Source: an uncultured virus (IMG/VR IMGVR_UViG_3300031758_000013) (Duplodnaviria > Heunggongvirae > Uroviricota > Caudoviricetes). Taken from it: a stretch of 20,000 bases of DNA. The notes under the pieces were generated by a model. The model searched no databases. It was not told the origin of the DNA and was given only the letters and a program-made list of their open reading frames with translations. Position numbers and translations under genes: made by a program. This document shows positions 1 through 6,815 of this stretch, piece by piece; the stretch's first letter is position 1; the number at the start of each line of letters is the position of its first letter. The stretch lies in IMG/VR virus record IMGVR_UViG_3300031758_000013; one strand, given 5' to 3'.

Positions 1-2
1 GC

Positions 3-1802
3 GATCAAAAATTTATTAAAGACTTTAACAAAGGCTGGATTGATTCTAAAACCAAGCAGCCAGCTGATAAGGGATTAATTCGCCTACTCGACAGTTTGGT
101 TATAAATGAACCTGTTTTAAAAAAACTTCGAGTGAAGATTGATACTACTGTAGAACCAGTATTAATCAATGGGCAGAAGTTTGTTTATGATGTTAATCAG
201 GGATGGATTGACCAAAAGACAAAAACTCCAGTTCCACCAAGTTTTCAAATCACACTGAATAATGCCGTAGGAAAACCAACTGTTCCTAATGTGTCAGCTT
301 CGATGGGCATGGCTGGCATTGCGGGGATGCAACAAACAAAAACGACAGTAACTCCACAAGTTCAAAAGACTGGTGGAGGAACATTAGTTTACAGTAATGT
401 GAATATCAATAAACCTATCGTAAAAATGATAGGAGCTCTAGCATCGATTGATGGGTTCTTAAAGCAAAGACTAGATAATCAAAAAAACATTGCTAAAAAT
501 AACTTATTGTCTATTAGAGAAGCTCAAATTGAGAATATAAGTCAAGATGCACAAACACAAAGTGTAAAACCAGATGCTGAAAGAATAAGTGGATCTTCAG
601 CCGGTTTACTCGGTCTTGGAGCTTTAGCTTTATTAACATTAGATCCAGTACAAGAAGCAATAAAGAGTGTTGTTAATGGTGTTGTAGAAACTGGCAAGTT
701 TATCACCGGTGTTGTGTCAACCATAAACAAAGCATTTACATTTCTTCTTGGTAGTAGCGCTGTTGATCCTACTGCAACAGAATCACAATCTGAAAATGGT
801 GCTAAAACACCGACTCCCGATGCGCAGCCAGTTACTACAGAGCAAAAGCCTTCATTCTTTGCGAGTGTAGGAGCGGGTGCAGCAACAGGAGCAGTAGTTG
901 GATCTATAGTTCCAAGAGTGGGTATGGTTGCCGGCGCAGTTGTGGGTGGCGGAATTACTGCTTATAAGCATTTTACTTCTAGTGGATCTACAACAAGTAA
1001 TAGTTCCTCAACGTCGTCATCTGCGCCGCAAGCAACTCCAGCACCAAATGCTACACCACAAACAACTTCAACTCCAGCACCAAATGCTACACCACAAACA
1101 CAATCAACAGCATCAGCACCAGGACAAATTCCTAAGAATGATATTGTAGCTCTTGGAAATTACTTAGCATCAATGGGTGCTGACAAGAGTAAGATGGAAC
1201 ATCCAACTCTGAGCGGAAGAGTTGGAGATCATAGTCAAAACTCAAGACACTATAGAGGCATGGCGATCGATGTCAATTTTCCTGGCCCGAACGAAGGTGC
1301 AATTCTTGATGCTTTAGAACCACAGTTAAGAGCTGCTGGCTATAATACTATTTGGCGCGCCAAAGGCCATGAGACACATATGCACGTGTCTGTGGGCGGT
1401 CGCGAAGGTCGTGGAAGCAGTACTACTGGCGATGCCAATAGCCTTATGAGCGTGGCATCTGATACTGTTAACATGGGCATGGAAAAGATCGGCGAGTTGT
1501 TTGGCATACTAGGTTCGACTATTATTAAGCCGGGGGTTCCTCGAGGCAAAGTAGACTATTCAGAAGCAATCGGTGCTGCAGCTGTACAAACAAATGCTGA
1601 GATAGCAGTATCTAAAACACCCAAAGCTCTGCCTAAAATATCAATTCCACGAGCTCCAAATATTAATAGATCTAATACTGGCACAACACAAAATCCGGCA
1701 ACCTCTACAGATAAAAATAGCGTCTATTATTATTTGAGACGCTTTGGTTATCAAGATTTAAATGTTGGCGAGTCGCCATTAGTTAAAGCAACGGTAGCTT
1801 AA
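3..1802 (+). CDS. Large virion/baseplate-tail associated protein with C-terminal peptidase M15-like (Zn, D-Ala-D-Ala/endolysin-type) domain; 5' truncated by window edge
   Basis: Frame is open from nt 3 (DQKFIKDFNKGWIDSKTKQP...), upstream of the ORF-track start at 96. Gly/Ala-rich hydrophobic stretches, S/T/P/Q linkers, motif SRHYRGMAIDV...HMHVS (SxHxxGxAxD...HxH). Virion role is inferred from composition and from being opposite-strand to replication genes. Confidence 0.6.
   Translation, partial: DQKFIKDFNKGWIDSKTKQPADKGLIRLLDSLVINEPVLKKLRVKIDTTVEPVLINGQKFVYDVNQGWIDQKTKTPVPPSFQITLNNAVGKPTVPNVSASMGMAGIAGMQQTKTTVTPQVQKTGGGTLVYSNVNINKPIVKMIGALASIDGFLKQRLDNQKNIAKNNLLSIREAQIENISQDAQTQSVKPDAERISGSSAGLLGLGALALLTLDPVQEAIKSVVNGVVETGKFITGVVSTINKAFTFLLGSSAVDPTATESQSENGAKTPTPDAQPVTTEQKPSFFASVGAGAATGAVVGSIVPRVGMVAGAVVGGGITAYKHFTSSGSTTSNSSSTSSSAPQATPAPNATPQTTSTPAPNATPQTQSTASAPGQIPKNDIVALGNYLASMGADKSKMEHPTLSGRVGDHSQNSRHYRGMAIDVNFPGPNEGAILDALEPQLRAAGYNTIWRAKGHETHMHVSVGGREGRGSSTTGDANSLMSVASDTVNMGMEKIGELFGILGSTIIKPGVPRGKVDYSEAIGAAAVQTNAEIAVSKTPKALPKISIPRAPNINRSNTGTTQNPATSTDKNSVYYYLRRFGYQDLNVGESPLVKATVA
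1033..1100 (+). repeat. Two exact 32-bp copies (36-bp period) encoding TPAPNATPQT in a linker
   Basis: caactccagcaccaaatgctacaccacaaaca at 1033-1064 and 1069-1100. Confidence 0.95.
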
Positions 1803-1835
1803 AAAGAAAGGGGACCGGTTTCCCAGCCCCCTTTC
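1801..1835 (-). terminator. Rho-independent terminator after gene 32
   Basis: Minus strand GAAAGGGGGCTGG-GAAA-CCGGTCCCCTTTC-TTTTT: 13-bp stem with GNRA loop then U-tract, between convergent genes. Confidence 0.9.
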
Positions 1836-1842
1836 CCACCGA

Positions 1843-2751
1843 TCAATCTTCGTCAGAAAGCCACTTCATGAAGACGGCATCTTCTTCATCATCTTCGGTA
1901 CCGAGCGCTGCAGTCGCTGGAGCAGTAGTTGCTGCTGATGTCGAAAAGGTTGGAGCCGGAGCCTTATACTCTTCTTCATCAAGAGCAACTCCACGAACCT
2001 TTGGTGCTGCGACAGAAAGTCCTAGGACATTGTTGAGACGCGTCTTTAACTCATCATATGACTTAAAGTGCTTTGGATTGACAAGATCTTGCAATGGATG
2101 CTCCTGCTTGTAAATCGCTTCAAGCTCAGCGTCATCATTCGACAGTGGTGCGGGAGAGTCGAATTCAGACTTATCGTAGTTGCGGTAACCCTCAACCTTA
2201 CGGATCTTGAGCTTGAAATTAGCACCCGTCCAAAGATCGAACGGATTTACTGGCTTCTCGTCCTGAAATTGAGGGTTCATCAGATCGTTCAGCTTGTCAA
2301 AGATCTTCTTGCCATACTTGTACAGGAAGACCTTACCTTCGTTATCACGATTTCCCGGATCACTGACAACGTAGATATTAGAAGTATAAGAAAGGCGGCG
2401 CTTCTGTTCACGTGCCTTTTCCTTATCGGACTCAAGGCCCGTATTCCATAGAACGGAATTATGCTCAGAAACTGGATCGTTCTGGCCAAGAGTGGTCAGA
2501 GACTTTTCAATATACCAGAGACCGGTTGGTCCTTTAAAACCATGATCCCAGATGCGAACAAATGGGAGATCCTCACCACCCGGAGGCGGAAGGAAACGAA
2601 TGACTGCATAACCATTTTCAGCCTTATCGAGAGTAGGCTTCCAATACTTATCATCATCACCACGGTCATATGTGGTAGTCTGCTTTTGTAGCTCCTTAGT
2701 GAGCTTTTCAAACGAGGTTGCAGACGAACGCTTAAGATCAGCAAAAGACAT
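1843..2751 (-). CDS. 32: Single-stranded DNA-binding protein, T4 gp32 family
   Basis: YWKPTLDKAENGYAVIRFLP, GPTGLWYIEKSLTTLGQNDPVSE, YKYGKKIFDK, NPFDLWTGANFKLKI, acidic C-terminus. Confidence 0.97.
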   Translation of the reverse strand: MSFADLKRSSATSFEKLTKELQKQTTTYDRGDDDKYWKPTLDKAENGYAVIRFLPPPGGEDLPFVRIWDHGFKGPTGLWYIEKSLTTLGQNDPVSEHNSVLWNTGLESDKEKAREQKRRLSYTSNIYVVSDPGNRDNEGKVFLYKYGKKIFDKLNDLMNPQFQDEKPVNPFDLWTGANFKLKIRKVEGYRNYDKSEFDSPAPLSNDDAELEAIYKQEHPLQDLVNPKHFKSYDELKTRLNNVLGLSVAAPKVRGVALDEEEYKAPAPTFSTSAATTAPATAALGTEDDEEDAVFMKWLSDED

Positions 2752-2828
2752 AATTAATCTCCTTATATGTCGTTATATTTCGTTATATTCGTTGTATTTG
2801 TCGAGAACTTCTCAACGTCTTATTTATC
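2752..2828 (-). promoter_or_regulatory. Gene 32 leader: late-promoter-like GATAAATA, hairpin, three A-rich 9-mer repeats and SD
   Basis: Minus strand: GATAAATA, hairpin GTTGAGA-AGT-TCTCGAC (2816-2800), ATACAACGA / ATATAACGA / ATATAACGA, then ATATAAGGAG SD. Confidence 0.6.
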
Positions 2829-3516
2829 CAACTCTGTAGCTAAAAACATTAGGATTTAATTTTCCTACTGCTACATAAATTGAATCTAGGAATGATTGAT
2901 CTGTGTATTGATATCCAAGATCATTCATAAACTGTTGTTGCTCAGGGCTGTTAAACCTTTCTGCAATAATTACTGGTTTATACTTTTCAATAGTGGCTTT
3001 AGCGCCCTCAAGAACTCCTTGCTCAAATCCTTCTACATCGAGTGCAATAAGATCACATTCGGCCAAATTTAAAGAATCGATTGTCATCATAGGAATATTA
3101 AACTGCTCAGATGGCGGTTGAAGAATATTCATTCCGATGTTTAAATCATTAGTACCAGGTCCTTCTTGAGGAACACGATATAAACCAACAATACCATGGC
3201 CATGACCAAGAGCTGCATTCAGCTTAATAACGTGATCGTATGGATTGTTGTTCACCATGCATGTGAATGCAACTGGTTCTGGTTCAAAAGCAAAAACGTG
3301 CTTGAATCGCTTAGCATACAGTCTAGCATACATTCCACAGTTTGTACCTGCGGTTACTACTGTACCATAATTAGTAATGTGTGTAAAATACTTGTGTACG
3401 TGATGATTGTTCCAGTGTTCAATTACTGATTCAAAGCACACTTTATCTTCTTTGATCCAGTACCAATTGGTTTCACCTTCAATCTCAACATCACGAATCT
3501 CTATATTAGCAAACAT
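2824..3516 (-). CDS. FkbM-family SAM-dependent methyltransferase
   Basis: VTAGTNCGMYA, VFAFEPEP, LNAALG, TIDSLNL..CDLIALDVEGFEQGVLEGAKATIEKYKPVIIAE; ATG at 3516 (MFANIE) preferred over 3564. Confidence 0.9.
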   Translation of the reverse strand: MFANIEIRDVEIEGETNWYWIKEDKVCFESVIEHWNNHHVHKYFTHITNYGTVVTAGTNCGMYARLYAKRFKHVFAFEPEPVAFTCMVNNNPYDHVIKLNAALGHGHGIVGLYRVPQEGPGTNDLNIGMNILQPPSEQFNIPMMTIDSLNLAECDLIALDVEGFEQGVLEGAKATIEKYKPVIIAERFNSPEQQQFMNDLGYQYTDQSFLDSIYVAVGKLNPNVFSYRVG

Positions 3517-3518
3517 AA

Positions 3519-4403
3519 TTAAATCACTGATTTTGCTGAAAGATATTTTGCTCCTCCATCCCATGGCATAAATGGGATGTCAGTATATTCAATTGTTCGA
3601 TTTTCTTCAATTTGAGGAATAAAAACATCTCGAATATACTTCTCATTGTCAATACCAAAAATCTGATTAGAGTAAGCAATGAGCCAATTCTTTGTTTCAC
3701 CGATCTTTAGCATAATTTCATCGCGAAGTTCAAGTGGCATTTCAGTAAATGACCAAGTGCCAATCATTAGATCTGCATTGCACAGATCATTCACATCAGA
3801 AGTATGCACGATGTTGGTATGACCTAGTTCATTGTGATACCACTTCTGAATTGCTCCAACTTCAGCAAAATCATAAATGATATACTTACCCTTAAATCCA
3901 AGCTTGTAGACGATATCGGCCATGTCGCCAATGCCACCACCAAGTTCTACAATTGTATCGAGCTTTTCTAGTGACTCTGGTGTCCATCCATTAATTAGAA
4001 GATGAGCCATATGCTGAACACGATTCATTGTTGTTGTAAAATCTTCAAATAGATTATACATACCACGATCTTGCTCAGTGATACCAATATCAGGATCTTC
4101 AAGAGCATAACGAACCTTTGCGTTTTCCTTCCACTGAAGGACTGCAGCAAAGTAATCAAGGAACCGAGCACGAGTCATAAAAGGAACTGACATCACAGAA
4201 GCCCAGACTTTGAATCTTTCCTTAGGAAGATTTTTAAAGTCTTCAGCAAACACTTCACACATTACAGTCCAGTAATTATCTTTACCGGCCTGCTTAGCGG
4301 CGAGCATTTTTTCAAATAGATGTTTTGAAGAAGCTAAAGGTGCCGGAGCAGTCATTGCCGGATTCGCTGGTTCAGTAGAGTAACGAAAATATTCAGACAT
4401 CAA
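3519..4403 (-). CDS. Putative sugar O-methyltransferase (class I SAM-dependent)
   Basis: IVELGGGIGDMA, YIIYDFAEV..IQKWY, DLMIGTWSFTEMPLELRD. Confidence 0.75.
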   Translation of the reverse strand: MMSEYFRYSTEPANPAMTAPAPLASSKHLFEKMLAAKQAGKDNYWTVMCEVFAEDFKNLPKERFKVWASVMSVPFMTRARFLDYFAAVLQWKENAKVRYALEDPDIGITEQDRGMYNLFEDFTTTMNRVQHMAHLLINGWTPESLEKLDTIVELGGGIGDMADIVYKLGFKGKYIIYDFAEVGAIQKWYHNELGHTNIVHTSDVNDLCNADLMIGTWSFTEMPLELRDEIMLKIGETKNWLIAYSNQIFGIDNEKYIRDVFIPQIEENRTIEYTDIPFMPWDGGAKYLSAKSVI

Positions 4404-4978
4404 TCACCTGCAAATTTATCTTTCAGTATCTTACGACATTTAAATGCATCATAATGAAAGAATGGTTTATATTTAGATAACTTTTTATATATGCTTGGCC
4501 AAAGTACCGTATCTTCAATCTTCTTATTCCAGTGACTAAAGAAACCAAGAATATCATTCAGAATAATAATAGTTTCAATAGATATTTGACGCCGCAAGTA
4601 TTGTTTAAGTAAATATGGATGTTGTCCATTCTTTACAATAACATTAGTATCAAAATCTGTCAACAACTTATTTAGATCTTGCTCAAAAATATAAGTCAAA
4701 GACTGTTGCCGCATGAGCCATTCAGAATAAACTTTCTCTGAATCATCGTTAAAGAGATCACCAACCCACTTGAGATCACCATCTACAAAATTGGCTACTA
4801 GATATTTAAGTGGATCTTTATGCTTGGATAGTTTATAGAATTGATACTTATCTTTGCGAGTCTCAAAGCTAGTTTGGCTTGCACCGATTTTGCCGTTGTA
4901 CTTGATATAATCATAATTGTCTGTAGTAAAATGGTTCTTAACAGCAAGAAAAGTCTTATAACTCTCGAACGGTGTCAT
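4400..4978 (-). CDS. 59: Helicase loader, T4 gp59 family
   Basis: MTPFESYKTFLAVKNHFT..YDYIKYNGK, FETRKDKYQFYKLS, ISIETIIILN, KYKPF; synteny 33-59-32. Confidence 0.95.
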   Translation of the reverse strand: MTPFESYKTFLAVKNHFTTDNYDYIKYNGKIGASQTSFETRKDKYQFYKLSKHKDPLKYLVANFVDGDLKWVGDLFNDDSEKVYSEWLMRQQSLTYIFEQDLNKLLTDFDTNVIVKNGQHPYLLKQYLRRQISIETIIILNDILGFFSHWNKKIEDTVLWPSIYKKLSKYKPFFHYDAFKCRKILKDKFAGD

Positions 4979-5220
4979 ACTGGAAGCCTCGCAGACTTTG
5001 GCAAATAATTCAAATCTTCAGCGGCCGCTTGAATCTTAGACCTAATCTTGATATTATTTTTAATGATAGAAGCAGCCGCTTCAATCTCTATATTATTCTT
5101 TTCACAGAGGTGGACGACGGCATCCATATAATCAAGTTTGTATTTTACTACTAGTATTTCTACTTCTTTAATAAACTTCTCATTCGACATAGTCTTTTGT
5201 AGAATAACGTCGTCCACCAT
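4975..5220 (-). CDS. 33: Late promoter transcription coactivator, T4 gp33 family
   Basis: FIKEVEILV...LDYMDAVVHLCEKNNIEIEAAASII...KIQAAAEDLNYLPKSARLPV; adjacent to gp59; start 5220 or 5226. Confidence 0.93.
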   Translation of the reverse strand: MVDDVILQKTMSNEKFIKEVEILVVKYKLDYMDAVVHLCEKNNIEIEAAASIIKNNIKIRSKIQAAAEDLNYLPKSARLPV

Positions 5221-5226
5221 AATCAA

Positions 5227-5805
5227 TTATCCTCGATAAAAAATGTGAGCACCAATTTTAGCAGTGCGATCAAAAACTCTACCCCATGATGGACTTACAT
5301 AGTCCGCATGATAGAACTTTGCACCTCTTGTTACGTCACCGTAATTTCCTAGGTACACATTTTCAGCGATCTCTTTGGCTTTGCGATATGCAGCCAGATC
5401 CTGAATTCGCTTTCCTCCTTCACACTTCCATGAAAACTGGCATACGCCTCTGGCCTTCTGATTGATGACCGCACATGGTGTTTTTGGGAAGCGTTTGTCT
5501 TTTACGCGGTTCAACACGACGTTGTTGACCGCAATCCTGCCCTTATAGGGTTCATGACCAGCTTCAAAATATGTATTCTCGGCCATGCATTGGATTTGTT
5601 GTTTATCGTAAGCGCTGAGATAAACAGGCTTCTTTACGATCTTTTCTTTTTCTATTACTTGAATTTCCGGAACCTTAATCACCTTGACCTCTGGTTCTTT
5701 CTGTGGAGTTGCAAGAGCTACACTCGTAACTGCAATGGCTCCTAGGAAAAAACCTTCACCCCAACGCAGATAAGGAAAGTCCTTCCTGTTTTCGAAAAGT
5801 TTCAT
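5227..5805 (-). CDS. Cell wall hydrolase, SleB/Hydrolase_2 family, with N-terminal hydrophobic anchor
   Basis: CMAENTYFEAGHEP..GRIAVNNVVLNRV...FPKTPCAVINQ...CQFSW...GAKFYHADYVSPSW...IGAHIFY. Confidence 0.95.
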   Translation of the reverse strand: MKLFENRKDFPYLRWGEGFFLGAIAVTSVALATPQKEPEVKVIKVPEIQVIEKEKIVKKPVYLSAYDKQQIQCMAENTYFEAGHEPYKGRIAVNNVVLNRVKDKRFPKTPCAVINQKARGVCQFSWKCEGGKRIQDLAAYRKAKEIAENVYLGNYGDVTRGAKFYHADYVSPSWGRVFDRTAKIGAHIFYRG

Positions 5806-5814
5806 TGTATCCTC

Positions 5815-6050
5815 TAATCTTAAATGATCTTGGCAAACAGAGACTGCTTTAAAGGCATCTCAGCCTAACAGTTTGTCCGTCGCTATGAGAAGATACAAAA
5901 TGAAATAACGAAGGTATCTTCCATCCATTTCCCTCTTACTGGAAATGCAAAATCATTATGGTTTCGTCAGTAGTATCTTAAAGATACTGCTCTCTAGCCC
6001 TAAGACTTGAAGCTTTGTAAGAGTCAATAGAGGTTGAACCTCCGTTGCGA
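5815..6050 (-). ncRNA. Candidate highly structured RNA / 5' leader of the cell wall hydrolase gene (family unassigned)
   Basis: Non-coding ~250 nt with at least six helices, a long-range closing helix (5957-5948 with 5832-5823) and two potential 7-bp loop pairings; starts just after TATAAATA. Confidence 0.65.
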
Positions 6051-6055
6051 TATTT

Positions 6056-6063
6056 TATTTATA
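6056..6063 (-). promoter_or_regulatory. T4-type late promoter
   Basis: Exact TATAAATA on minus strand, upstream of the structured leader and hydrolase; gp33 is present in the window. Confidence 0.85.
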
Positions 6064-6074
6064 CCATATATTAA

Positions 6075-6240
6075 GTTGCCGGATTCTGTTTCGAGGCTCC
6101 GGCGGGCCCAAGAGGTCATGCCGCTAGGCGGATACCTACAACGCTATCGTTATCGTTAGCATTTGTGTTTAATGGCAACTTTGCCAAGCAATCAGTCTCG
6201 AACCGCCCTATTCCGTCCCAGTCGATCCTATCTCACCCCC
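6075..6240 (-). ncRNA. ssrA: tmRNA coding piece (permuted two-piece, alphaproteobacterial type); tag ORF 6160-6116 = ANDNDSVVGIRLAA*
   Basis: Starts GGGGGTGAGATAGGATCGAC; tag GCT AAC GAT AAC GAT AGC GTT GTA GGT ATC CGC CTA GCG GCA TGA; terminal GCCGGA/TCCGGC stem; 3' end approximate. Confidence 0.96.
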
Positions 6241-6653
6241 GTCATAAATGATCTTGTCTTTCGACCTTGACCTTTTGCCCAACCTTCAGGAGGAATCTGA
6301 CCTTCTCTTAAACAACATTTCTGAGTTGGATCTTCTGGATTATGAAACCATCTTAATCCACCAGTTCCAGTTGGCTTAAACTCTCCGGGCTTTGGTCCAC
6401 GCCTTGCAGTTTTGTTAGCGTTTCCTTTAGCCGCGCCTCGTTTGCCAGCCTCACTTAGCATTTCCTTAACAAGTTGTTCTTTACTTATTAAGCCAGAAAG
6501 TCCCAACCATGCTAGTCGATCTTCCCATCTGCCATGTTGTTCGTAGAGAATTCTATGAGCTTCTGCATGTTCTTCAACAGTTAACTCAATCAAATTCTCT
6601 GGGTCATCAGTTCCACCCAAATACTTAGGCACTTTATGATGAATATGCTTCAC
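6228..6653 (-). CDS. HNH homing endonuclease (free-standing, mob-like) inside the tmRNA intervening segment
   Basis: HIHHKVPKYLGGTDDPENLIELTVEEHAEAH HNH motif; C-terminal WFHN...PPEGWAKG DNA-binding-type motif; GTG start with AGGAG SD. Confidence 0.92.
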   Translation of the reverse strand: MKHIHHKVPKYLGGTDDPENLIELTVEEHAEAHRILYEQHGRWEDRLAWLGLSGLISKEQLVKEMLSEAGKRGAAKGNANKTARRGPKPGEFKPTGTGGLRWFHNPEDPTQKCCLREGQIPPEGWAKGQGRKTRSFMTGVR

Positions 6654-6665
6654 TTAATCTCTCCT

Positions 6666-6689
6666 TCCTAGTTATTTATAAAACTAGGA
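6666..6689 (-). promoter_or_regulatory. Late promoter TATAAATA (6680-6673) embedded in a hairpin abutting the HNH RBS
   Basis: TCCTAGTT-TTATAAAT-AACTAGGA then AGGAGAGATTAA-GTG. Confidence 0.85.
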
Positions 6690-6711
6690 TCTTAAAGACT
6701 AAGATCACTTA

Positions 6712-6777
6712 TGGTGGAGGTGACGGGTACTGCCCCCGTGTCCTCAGAACCTTTATCGTTGATTGTCAACAACTGAT
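6712..6777 (-). ncRNA. ssrA: tmRNA acceptor piece (permuted two-piece)
   Basis: Ends GGAC-ACGGG-GGCAGTA-CCCGT-CACCTCC-A-CCA. T-loop GGCAGUA is typical of alphaproteobacterial tmRNA. CACCTCC pairs with GGGGGTG (6240-6234) giving G3.U70. 5' ATCAGTTGTTGA pairs with TCGAGACTGAT in the coding piece. Confidence 0.96.
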
Positions 6778-6783
6778 ATACTA

Positions 6784-6812
6784 TATATAATCTATTCTTG
6801 TTTAAATGTCAA
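6784..6812 (-). promoter_or_regulatory. Sigma70-type promoter of tmRNA
   Basis: TTGACA-N17-TATATA; predicted +1 near 6777, matching the start of the acceptor piece. Confidence 0.8.
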
Positions 6813-6815
6813 CAC

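Noticed and set aside
2760..2797. CRISPR-like mini array
   Set aside because: 9-nt units with no spacers; better explained as a translational leader
5961..5970. Hammerhead ribozyme core CTGACGA
   Set aside because: No stem II followed by GAAA with the right geometry could be built by eye
5773..6092. RNase P RNA (AGGAAAGTCC at 5773-5782; ACAGAATCCGGC near 6089-6078)
   Set aside because: The two P4-like motifs are on opposite strands; one lies within the hydrolase CDS and the other in the tmRNA terminal stem
6228..6653. IscB/HEARO-type RNA-guided nuclease using the neighbouring structured RNA
   Set aside because: Protein is 141 aa with no RuvC, PLMP or bridge-helix features; it fits a simple phage HNH homing endonuclease
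6241..6711. Group I intron carrying the HNH
   Set aside because: Only ~58 nt lie outside the ORF, no P7 core is evident, and the piece order is permuted rather than interrupted
6712..6745. Stand-alone tRNA or tRNA fragment / attachment site
   Set aside because: No anticodon or D arm upstream; GGCAGTA loop and pairing with 6240-6234 identify it as the tmRNA acceptor piece
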